Part shown: positions 9,930 through 17,858 of the stretch, in pieces
How positions within the stretch are numbered: the stretch's first letter is position 1
How the letters are laid out: each line of letters starts with the position of its first letter
Assembly (NCBI GenBank): GCA_044222185.1
Contig: JBGANV010000001.1
Location: 1,152,001 to 1,216,000 of the forward strand
Source: Planctomycetota bacterium
GTDB lineage: Bacteria > Planctomycetota > GCA-002687715 > CAIWVZ01
Length of the DNA stretch: 64,000 nt
Reading direction: 5' to 3'
Translations under genes and position numbers: made by a program
Notes under the pieces: model-generated
The model's database searches: none
What the model was told of the DNA's origin: nothing
Seen by the model: the letters and a program-made list of their open reading frames with translations, nothing else

Positions 9930-10483
9930 GCGGAACTCAACTCCTCCCTGAGGCGCTGTTTCGCACGAAACAGGATCAGGGAAACCGTGTTCGCGGTGCT
10001 GCTCAGCCGCCGCGCGATCTCCTGGCAACTCAATCCGTCCTGGTACCGCATCCGCACGATCTCGAGGTATCGCGGTGGAAGTCGGCCCACGGCCCGCGCG
10101 AGGGCCTGCGCCTCTTCGCGACGTGCCAACCCTTCGAGCGACGAAGGGCTCTTGTCGATTCCAGTTCCCGGGTCTCCCTCGGCCGCGTCTCGAACGCGCT
10201 GCTCCAGGCGGAGGCGTCGGCGCGTACTGATGGCCAGGTTGACACCGATCCGGAAGAACCACGTGGAGAAGCGATGTTCCTCCACGTACCGGTCGAGGTG
10301 CTCGAAGGCCCGCAGGATCGTGTCCTGGACCAGATCCCGCGCCCGCTCGCGATCACCGGCGATCGGCGTGAGGACGGCCAGCAGCGGCTGCTCGTAACGC
10401 GAGACGAGCTGGACAAAGGCATCCCGATCCCGCGTCCTGGCGCGGGCCAGCAGAACCGCCTCGTCCACCGGGCTTTCAGCCAT
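9926..10483 (-). CDS. ECF RNA polymerase sigma factor
   Basis: DAFVQLVSRY, ARDLVQDTILRAF, FSTWFFRIGVN, region 4 EIARRLSSTANTVSLILFRAK; GGAGAG upstream of ATG 10483. Confidence 0.93.
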   Translation of the reverse strand: MAESPVDEAVLLARARTRDRDAFVQLVSRYEQPLLAVLTPIAGDRERARDLVQDTILRAFEHLDRYVEEHRFSTWFFRIGVNLAISTRRRLRLEQRVRDAAEGDPGTGIDKSPSSLEGLARREEAQALARAVGRLPPRYLEIVRMRYQDGLSCQEIARRLSSTANTVSLILFRAKQRLREELSSA

Positions 10484-10597
10484 CCACACTCTCTCCAACG
10501 GCCTGCTGGACCGGGTCTTTCGGGCAAATCCGCCCGGCCTTGGCCGGCGGCTGGAGCCCTGCCCGCACGGCCGCCCCCTGGCCCGACCACGCCCGGT

Positions 10598-12127
10598 TCA
10601 GGAAATCAGGCTGTGCCCCGTCATCTCCGGGCTCTGGGCCAACCCCATGACGTCGAGGAGGGTCGGGACGACGTCGCACAACCGACCGCCGGAGGTGAGT
10701 TTGGCGCCCCGGTGCCGCTCGGAGATCAGGTGCAAGGGGACGGGATTGGTGGTGTGCGCCGTGTGGGGCTCACCCGTGATCGGGTCCACCATCATCTCGC
10801 AGTTGCCGTGATCAGCGGTCACGATCATCGAACCACCGCGGGGCACTACGGTTTCGAGGATCCTGCCGATGCCCTCGTCCACCGCCTCGACGGCGCGGAT
10901 CGCCGCCTGGAGGATCCCCGTATGCCCGACCATGTCCGGGTTCGCGTAGTTCACCACTAGCACGTCGAACTGCCCCGACTTCACCCCATCCACGACCTTG
11001 TCGGTCACCTCGGCGGCGCTCATCTCGGGCTTCAGGTCGTAGGTGGCCACCTTGGGCGAGGGAACGAGGATCCGCTCCTCGCCCTTGAACGCGATCTCGC
11101 GCCCGCCGTTCAGGAAGAACGTCACGTGCGCGTACTTCTCCGTCTCGGCGACGCGCAGCTGCGTCATCGCCGCCTTCTCGAGCAGTTCGCCCATGACGTC
11201 ACGGAGCGAGATGGAGGCGAAGAGTTTCGGGAACGGATACTCGGCCTGGTACTCCGTCATGGTCACGTGGTGCAAACCGAGCGCCTCCGTGGGGAACGCC
11301 GAGAAGCCGTTCACGCCGGTCAAAGCCTCGCTGATCTGCCGCGCCCGGTCCGCCCGATAGTTGAAGAAGAATGTGACGTCGCCCGCAGCGAGCCGCGGCG
11401 CACCATCGATGAAGGTCGGCAGGATGAACTCGTCGGTCTCGTTCCGCGAGTACGCGCGTGAGACCGCGTCCTTCAGGTTGGCGGCGTGCTGGCCGAGACC
11501 ACGCACCATGCAGTCGTACGCCTTCTGCACGCGCTCCCAGCGCTTGTCGCGGTCCATGGCGTAGTACCGACCGCTGACCGTCCCCACGACCCCGACGCCC
11601 GTTCGCTGCATGGCCGCGAGGAGGCGGTCACAGTAGGTCATGGCCGACGACGGCGGCGTGTCGCGTCCGTCCGTGAAGACGTGGAACACGACCTTGTCCT
11701 TCGCGAGCCCGGCAGCCGCGGCGCACTCGAGCAGAGCCACGTAGTGATCCTCGTGACTGTGCACTCCGCCATCGGAAACCAGCCCCATCATGTGCAAGCG
11801 CCGGCCGGGTGCGCGCGCCAGCTCGAATGCGTGCACGAGCGCCGGGTTCGTCGCCAACGACTTCTCCGCGATGGCGCGGTTGATGCGGTCGATCGACTGC
11901 ACGACGATCCGTCCCGCGCCGATGTTCATGTGCCCCACTTCGGAGTTCCCCATGAGGCCCGGCATGAGTCCCACGGCCTCGCCGTGGGACAGGATCTCCG
12001 TCATGGGGTAGCGGGCGCGGATGCGGTCGAAGGCCGGCGTCCGCGCGAGCGCGATGGCGTTGTTGTCCCGCTCTGCCCTGCAGCCAAAACCGTCACAGAT
12101 CACGAGCACGTGGGGCGTCTTGGCCAC
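10598..12127 (-). CDS. gpmI: 2,3-bisphosphoglycerate-independent phosphoglycerate mutase
   Basis: DGFG, MGNSEVGHMNIGAGR, SDGGVHSH, DGRDTPP, AETEKYAHVTFF, NPDMVGHTG, TADHGN, HTAHT. Confidence 0.97.
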   Translation of the reverse strand: MAKTPHVLVICDGFGCRAERDNNAIALARTPAFDRIRARYPMTEILSHGEAVGLMPGLMGNSEVGHMNIGAGRIVVQSIDRINRAIAEKSLATNPALVHAFELARAPGRRLHMMGLVSDGGVHSHEDHYVALLECAAAAGLAKDKVVFHVFTDGRDTPPSSAMTYCDRLLAAMQRTGVGVVGTVSGRYYAMDRDKRWERVQKAYDCMVRGLGQHAANLKDAVSRAYSRNETDEFILPTFIDGAPRLAAGDVTFFFNYRADRARQISEALTGVNGFSAFPTEALGLHHVTMTEYQAEYPFPKLFASISLRDVMGELLEKAAMTQLRVAETEKYAHVTFFLNGGREIAFKGEERILVPSPKVATYDLKPEMSAAEVTDKVVDGVKSGQFDVLVVNYANPDMVGHTGILQAAIRAVEAVDEGIGRILETVVPRGGSMIVTADHGNCEMMVDPITGEPHTAHTTNPVPLHLISERHRGAKLTSGGRLCDVVPTLLDVMGLAQSPEMTGHSLIS

Positions 12128-12144
12128 GGGGCGTCACCTCGTCG

Positions 12145-12867
12145 TCATTCGGAGTTTCGCGACCGTCCGCCCAGGATGCCCGAGCGGACCAGGAAATAGA
12201 GGAGCTGGAGCACGGCCGTGATCGCTGCCGCCACGTAGGTCATGGCCGCCGCACGGAGCACGGACCTCGCTCCGGCCATCTCGTCGTTCCGAAGGTAGCC
12301 CCCTTCCTCGAGCGTCCAAAGCGCCCTCGCACTCGCATCGAACTCCACGGGAAGCGTGACGAGAGTGAAGAGGAGTGCGCCCGAGAAGAGGATGATGCCG
12401 GACCAGACGGCCAGTGCGCCCACCGACGTCGTCACGCCGCCCAGCACGAGCCCGACCATGATGAGGATCCAACTGAGATTGCTTCCAACGGACGCGACCG
12501 GAACGAGCGCGCTCCGGAACCGGAGTGGGGCATACCCGCGCGCATGCTGAACGGCGTGTCCGACCTCGTGCGCGGCGACTCCGATCGAAGCGATCGACTT
12601 CCCGGAATACACCCCGGACGAGAGCCGCAGGACCTTCTCCCGCGGGTCGTAGTGGTCCGAGAGGAAACCGTCCACGGGCTCGATGCGGACATCCCGAATC
12701 CCGTTCTGCTGGAGGATGCGCGCGGCGACGTCGGCGCCGCTCACGCCCGATCGGGTCCCGACCTGGCTCCATCGAGCGAAGGCAGACTTGACCCACATCG
12801 CCGCGAGTGCGCTGAGGAGAAGGCCGGGCCCGATGAAAATCAGTTGTCGCAGATCGAAAAACGGCAT
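12145..12867 (-). CDS. membrane zinc metallopeptidase (YugP-like, Zn_peptidase_2)
   Basis: LSDHYDP, AAHEVGHAVQH, TLPVEFDASARA, VLRAAAMTYVAAA. Start ATG 12867 lies within ORF 12145-13827. Confidence 0.92.
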   Translation of the reverse strand: MPFFDLRQLIFIGPGLLLSALAAMWVKSAFARWSQVGTRSGVSGADVAARILQQNGIRDVRIEPVDGFLSDHYDPREKVLRLSSGVYSGKSIASIGVAAHEVGHAVQHARGYAPLRFRSALVPVASVGSNLSWILIMVGLVLGGVTTSVGALAVWSGIILFSGALLFTLVTLPVEFDASARALWTLEEGGYLRNDEMAGARSVLRAAAMTYVAAAITAVLQLLYFLVRSGILGGRSRNSE

Positions 12868-13016
12868 GGTGTTCTGCTCCCTGGGTGTTGGCGTGTCGCG
12901 TTCCTTATACGGACTGAGTGGGGCGCGCTCCCCGTGACAAGTTGACAGTGAACGTCTCCATTCCCTGCCGTCGATAGATCCTGATCGAGGCGCGCACGCC
13001 TGTCTGCGCCGGGGAG

Positions 13017-14864
13017 ATGACCTTGGTCGACGCAACCGTTGCTGAACTTCCTCCTCGCGCCAGGACTTCCGAGGGCCCGGTGCACGCGGACGAGGCTCGG
13101 TCATACGCGCAGCAACCGAAGGCGCGAAGGCGTGGTGCCGGCGGCTGGCTTCTCCTCGCCGTGGGCGTCGCCGGCTCCGGCGTCGCCGACGTCGTGCTGA
13201 CTCACCGCGTCCCGCTGTCGCCTGCAGACCTCGCACTCGTGCGCGGCGGGCCGTCGCCCAACGTCGCCGTGGGATGGCTGGCGGGATTGCTCGGATCGGA
13301 CCTCCTCGTCTGGCGACTCTTCGGCGCGATCGGGGTCGTGGCGCTCGCGTGCGCGACGGCGTTCGCGAGCAGCCGGATGGTCGGGACCAGGCGGGCTGCC
13401 GGGTTCGGTGCCGCCGTGGTGCTTCTGCATCCACTCGTGAGGACCTGCGAGCTCGACGTCGACGGCTGTTCGGGGATCTGGGCGACGGCACTCGCGGTCT
13501 TCGGACTCGGACTCGCCCGAGACTGCGTGGCGCGGCGGTGGGTCGGCGCGGCGATCGCGCTCGCGGCCGCCGGTCTCCACTCCGCTGCGAGCGCCCCGTT
13601 CGCCTTGGTGCCGTGGGCACTACTGGGATCCGGAGCTGACGATCGCAGGCAGGCACTGCGCACGCTTCTCGCATGCGCCCTGGGCTGCGCCGGCGCGAGC
13701 GCGGCGTCGATGCTTGCACACGCGACCGCCGCAGGTGAGATCGCAGGCGGTGCAGCCGACACGATGAGGAGCCTCGTGGCGCTCGCGGGACGCGACGGCA
13801 TCGCGGAGCCGTTTCGCTGGGCCACACCGGTCGCGGCGTGGTTCCTGCTTCTTTGCGGCGGGCTCGTTCGGGCCCGCGACGCTCAGTCCGGGCCGGCGGC
13901 GCTCTTCGCCGGCATCGCCGCGGTCGCGACGATCCTGCCTGGAGTCGTCGTTACACGGCGCGGGGTCGCGGATTCCGATCTCGTCGGAGCCGTCACGTGC
14001 CTCGCGATCGCGGCTGGTTCCGCAGGCGTCACGACGACGTGCGCTCGGCGGTGGGCCATGCTCGCGGGCCTGGTCCTGCTCGCGGCCGTTGGGACCTCGA
14101 CCGTCGGCGACTACGCGATGCGCGAACTCCCCGCGCGCGCTGCCGTCGCGAGCTTCGCCGGCCACTGCGACCAGCTCCCGCTCGATCGATGCCAGACGGT
14201 CTGCATCGTCGGAGCGGACGACCCGATGCTGGCGGTGGCGCGCCGCCACGCGGCTGCCGACGGGGCCTTCCGCGCCGTTTCGATCCGGCGACTGGAGGAA
14301 CTCGGCGCAGCGCCCCTCGATGCCGCAGTCGCCGTGCTCCGGTGGGGCGCACCGGCGGACGAGGGGCTGCTCGCGGAGGCGCCGCCGACCCTGCAAACCA
14401 TCGTCGTCGGATCGATCTCCGCAGAGATCGAGCTCGTGTCGCCACCGCCGGACGTCGTGTGGCCTGCGAGGCGCGCCCGCGACGAACCGTCCTTCGAGTT
14501 CAGGTTGCCCTCGGACATGACCCCGACGAGCGCGAACCTCACGTTCGTCGCCGTCTCGGAGCACGCGGGTCGCCCCCACAGCCTCCTGCGGCGCCTGGAC
14601 GCGAGCGTCCTGCGGCGCAGTCGTGACGACGGTCCGCCACGTTGGATCTGGCACCCCACCTGGCGATCGAGCGTGCACGCCGACAACGAACTCCACTGGG
14701 AGGACGGCGACTTCGGCGCCCACACGTCATCGATCCGATGGACGATCGCCGTCTCCGATCGCGAGGCCGATCACGACGATGCGCCCGACGCACACGACGA
14801 CGCGCCGTTCGGAGCCAACGTCCGGCTCGCGCCGTTCCGCACGCTCACCGTCGGGCCGAAATAG
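13017..14864 (+). CDS. polytopic membrane protein with soluble C-terminal domain (possibly divergent GT-C-like)
   Basis: About 10 Ala/Gly-rich hydrophobic segments followed by a polar domain; no diagnostic motif. Confidence 0.5.
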   Translation: MTLVDATVAELPPRARTSEGPVHADEARSYAQQPKARRRGAGGWLLLAVGVAGSGVADVVLTHRVPLSPADLALVRGGPSPNVAVGWLAGLLGSDLLVWRLFGAIGVVALACATAFASSRMVGTRRAAGFGAAVVLLHPLVRTCELDVDGCSGIWATALAVFGLGLARDCVARRWVGAAIALAAAGLHSAASAPFALVPWALLGSGADDRRQALRTLLACALGCAGASAASMLAHATAAGEIAGGAADTMRSLVALAGRDGIAEPFRWATPVAAWFLLLCGGLVRARDAQSGPAALFAGIAAVATILPGVVVTRRGVADSDLVGAVTCLAIAAGSAGVTTTCARRWAMLAGLVLLAAVGTSTVGDYAMRELPARAAVASFAGHCDQLPLDRCQTVCIVGADDPMLAVARRHAAADGAFRAVSIRRLEELGAAPLDAAVAVLRWGAPADEGLLAEAPPTLQTIVVGSISAEIELVSPPPDVVWPARRARDEPSFEFRLPSDMTPTSANLTFVAVSEHAGRPHSLLRRLDASVLRRSRDDGPPRWIWHPTWRSSVHADNELHWEDGDFGAHTSSIRWTIAVSDREADHDDAPDAHDDAPFGANVRLAPFRTLTVGPK

Positions 14865-14964
14865 TCGTGGCCCCGAGAGGGGTTCTCACGCATGATGCGG
14901 CTTCGGCGCGACACTGAAGGCCCGTGCACGCCACGAACGGTCGCTGCCCGCGGAGTCCACCGCC

Positions 14965-15648
14965 ATGACCACACTCCCGAAGTCCGAGACCCGTCCCGAC
15001 GGCCGTCCAGCCATCGACGTCCTGCAACCAACCGAGGTGCAGACCGCCACGTTCGCGTTGGGTTGATTCTGGGGACCCGACTCCCAGTTCGGGAGTCTCG
15101 ACGGTGTGGTGCGCACCCGCGTCGGCTACGCGGGCGGCACGAAGCTCGAACCGACCTACCGAGACCTCGGTGATCACACGGAGACCCTCGAGCTCGACTT
15201 CGACCCCGCGAGAATCTCGTACGAGGCGCTCCTCGACGTGTTCTTCTCGACCCACAACGCCTGCCGCAAGCCGTGGAGCCGCCAGTACGCATCGATCGTG
15301 TTCTGGCGCGGCGAGGCGCAGCGAGCACTCGCGATGGAGGCCGGCCGCGCGATGGAGGCCAGATCAGGCAAGCCCGTCGTCACCGAATTCGTCGAGTTCG
15401 GGAGGTTCTGGCTCGCGGAGGACTACCACCAGAAGTACTCGCTGCGCCGAGTCCCGGAGATCGCGCGCGAATTCACCGACATCTACCCGCGGCTCGAGGA
15501 CTTCGTGAATTCGACCGCCGTGATGCGAGCCAACGCCTGGCTTGGTGGGCACGCCACGCGCGCGCAGGTCGACCGAGACTTGATGGGGCTCGGCCTCTCC
15601 GCCGGCGCGCAGAGGCTGCTTTCGCGGTTGACGCGAAACGGCGGGTAG
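14965..15648 (+). CDS. msrA: selenocysteine-containing peptide methionine-(S)-sulfoxide reductase MsrA (in-frame TGA at 15064-15066)
   Basis: GGAG RBS, ATG 14965, then TATFALG-TGA-FWGPDSQFGSLDGVVRTRVGYAGG...DHTE...QYAS...AEDYHQKY. TGA sits exactly at the catalytic Cys of the GCFW motif. 227 aa with readthrough. Confidence 0.92.
15079..15097 (+). promoter_or_regulatory. bacterial SECIS-like stem-loop
   Basis: GACTCCC-AGTTC-GGGAGTC is a perfect 7-bp stem; the loop begins 19 nt after the TGA and has G at its second position followed by U. Confidence 0.75.
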
Positions 15649-15661
15649 GCCCGCGAGAGCG

Positions 15662-16603
15662 CTATTTCCCAACCCAATACAGAGCCGCGGCCGCGATCTG
15701 GAGTTCCATCATCAGCAGGTACATGTTCCGCCAGGCGCGACGGTCGCCTGCGTCGGCGAGATGCGCGGCGTCGCGGATGAGCGAGCGCCCGGTCCACACC
15801 CCGTGGGCGGCGATCAGCACGCCGACGATCGTGCTCGCCGTCGGTGGCAGGCCCAGGAGCGGGCGGTCCGCGACGACGATCCGCGGCAGGGCGATGAGCA
15901 GCAAGCCCGGCAGGCAGAGGAACGGAGCCACGAGCCGCGCCGCCATCGTCGGCCCGAAACGGATCGGAAGCGAGCTCGCTCCGCCCTGCCGATCGCCCTC
16001 GACGTCTGCGAAATCCTTGGTGGGCGCGGCGCCGATCACGAAGCAGAAGAACACGGCGCCGAGGATCCAGGGCTCGCGATCGGAGAAGATCGGGGCCAGC
16101 GTCCCCCATCCGGCCACTTTCAGCAGGAGCCCGCGCGGGATTGCGATCACGAGCGGCCCGAACCACCAGGAGTTCCGGGCGCGCAACGGCGGCGCCGAAT
16201 ACGCCCACGTGAGCCCGGCCGTGAAGGCGACGATCCAACCGACCTCGAACTCGCCCGTCGGCGTCACGAGAAACGCCAGCGCGACGGCCACGGCGTAGAG
16301 CACGAGCGTGCCGACCCGCGCCGCGCGAAGGCTCATGGCACCGCTGGGAATCGGGCGATGCGGCTTGTTGATCCGATCCAGGGCGAGGTCGTGGATCTGG
16401 TTCAATGCGTTGCTCGCTGCATTGAGCGTCGCCGCCATCAGGGCTCCCGCGAGCACGAGCCAGAATGCCCGCGCACCGGTGACCACGGCGCGATGGGCGC
16501 CCAGCGCGGAGAAGGCCCCGGAGATCATCCCGATCGCGGGCGGCAGCAGCGTGAACGGCCGCGTGAGGTCGATCCACGCTCGAACGGCGCCAGGGCGCTT
16601 CAT
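15662..16603 (-). CDS. UbiA-superfamily prenyltransferase (DGGGP synthase/chlorophyll synthase-like motifs)
   Basis: LTRPFTL, SNALNQIHDLALDRINKPHRPIPSG, YSAPPLR, KDFADVEGDR; about 8 TM helices; ATG 16603. Confidence 0.9.
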   Translation of the reverse strand: MKRPGAVRAWIDLTRPFTLLPPAIGMISGAFSALGAHRAVVTGARAFWLVLAGALMAATLNAASNALNQIHDLALDRINKPHRPIPSGAMSLRAARVGTLVLYAVAVALAFLVTPTGEFEVGWIVAFTAGLTWAYSAPPLRARNSWWFGPLVIAIPRGLLLKVAGWGTLAPIFSDREPWILGAVFFCFVIGAAPTKDFADVEGDRQGGASSLPIRFGPTMAARLVAPFLCLPGLLLIALPRIVVADRPLLGLPPTASTIVGVLIAAHGVWTGRSLIRDAAHLADAGDRRAWRNMYLLMMELQIAAAALYWVGK

Positions 16604-17316
16604 GCCGCGCCTCCGGCAACCGTGAGCCAGGCTCCGACGGCCGCAGCGCAACTGCTCGATGCGAAGTTCACGCCCTCGTTGTTCAAAACGCCTCGTCGCT
16701 CGAGGGTCGCGCCGATGAGGCTGTCGACGAGAGAGCCCGCGAGCCCGCCGACGACGATCGCCCACCGGAATACGCCGTCCGTCGCCGCGACGGCAGTCGC
16801 CGTGATCGCACCACCGACCAGGGAGAAGAATACTCCCGCCCACGTCATGCCGCCGTCGGTTCCGCGAATGACCATGGGGCCGAAGAGCAGAAGCCGCGGG
16901 GTCTCCCGCGCCAGCATCCCCCACTCCCCGGCGACCGTGTCCGCGAGCGATCCGGCGAGTGCTGCAGCCGCTGCGGGAATGGTCCAGACCGACCACTCGG
17001 GGCGAGCGGCGCCCAAGATCAACACGATGGCCGCGGCGCCCGCATTGGCGACGACGTGCCGGGCCGAGCGCCGCCCGCCGGCCTCCTGCGCCACACCCAG
17101 CCGGGCCTTGCGGGCGATGCCGGTCCGTGAAGCGCCGGTTCCGACGACGACGAGGCTCAGGAACGCCGCGATCACCGACGCGCCGCCTTCCCACGCAAAC
17201 CAAAGCGCGTGGACGAATCCTGCGAAGATGCCCGAGCGCGTTCCGGCCCGGATCAGGACGACCGGGACGGTGAGCGCCGTCGCCGTGACGATCGCGGTTG
17301 CAAGTTCGTGGCGCAC
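16600..17316 (-). CDS. DUF92 (COG1836/TIGR00297, VTE6-like prenyl-phosphate kinase) membrane protein
   Basis: KARLGVAQEAGGRRSARHVVANAG, SLADTVAGEWG, GTDGGMT, GSLVDSLIGATLE, LNNEGVNF; GTG 17316. Confidence 0.88.
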   Translation of the reverse strand: MRHELATAIVTATALTVPVVLIRAGTRSGIFAGFVHALWFAWEGGASVIAAFLSLVVVGTGASRTGIARKARLGVAQEAGGRRSARHVVANAGAAAIVLILGAARPEWSVWTIPAAAAALAGSLADTVAGEWGMLARETPRLLLFGPMVIRGTDGGMTWAGVFFSLVGGAITATAVAATDGVFRWAIVVGGLAGSLVDSLIGATLERRGVLNNEGVNFASSSCAAAVGAWLTVAGGAA

Positions 17317-17317
17317 G

Positions 17318-17857
17318 TCAGGGGCTCGCAATCCAGGCGGCCACCGCCGCGGACACGGGCCACGCGACGTTGTCTTCGATCGGCCTCGGAAGCCCATCGG
17401 CGACGGCGCCGGCGCATCCCGCGGCGATCGCGATGGGCCACGGCGCGACGATGGCGCACGCCAGCGCTGCGGCACCCCCCGCGAGCACGCTCACGAGCAC
17501 GCGTTTCTCGCGCCGCCACGGCCAGCACGGACCTCGAACCGCCAATCCGAGGAATGGGGCGACTCCGTCACCGACTCCGAGCGATAGCCAGCCGATCTGC
17601 GCGATGACCGGCCGGTCGTGAAAGACCACGAGCAGCGCGGCGCACGCGAGCGGGTACGCCCAGATGGCGCGCGTGCCCGTCCCGTCCGGTCGGATGACGT
17701 TCCGCAGCCCGGGCAGCCTGGGAAGGAGCCACGCGTTCGCCGGGATCGCGATCAGCGCGAGGGCCAAGGCTGCATCCACACCGATCACCGGGACGAGATA
17801 GGCCCCGAGTCCGATCAGAATGTGAACCGCGCGCCGGAGAAGCTCGTTGCGGGTCAT
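17318..17857 (-). CDS. phytol/dolichol kinase-like (CTP-dependent polyprenol kinase family) membrane protein
   Basis: ELLRRAVH, LGVGDGVAPFLG, PWRREK, IEDNVAWP. The usual KSxxG motif appears divergent. Confidence 0.72.
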   Translation of the reverse strand: MTRNELLRRAVHILIGLGAYLVPVIGVDAALALALIAIPANAWLLPRLPGLRNVIRPDGTGTRAIWAYPLACAALLVVFHDRPVIAQIGWLSLGVGDGVAPFLGLAVRGPCWPWRREKRVLVSVLAGGAAALACAIVAPWPIAIAAGCAGAVADGLPRPIEDNVAWPVSAAVAAWIASP

Positions 17858-17858
17858 G

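Noticed and set aside
12934-12953. TGACAAGTTGACAGTGAAC repeats as a Pho box, or TTGACA as a -35 element
   Set aside because: Repeat spacing is 8 nt rather than 11, and there is no -10 hexamer at 16-18 nt; unsupported.
14772-14808. HDDAPDA/HDDAPFG 21-nt tandem duplication
   Set aside because: Only two copies, inside a probable loop; no further structure.
15064-15066. msrA as a nonsense pseudogene
   Set aside because: The stop is TGA exactly at the catalytic Cys, a SECIS-like hairpin follows, and the rest of the gene is intact.
15662-16603. Bacteriochlorophyll synthase implying phototrophy
   Set aside because: No bch/chl/puf genes are in the window, and the second motif is KDxxD rather than NDFKS.
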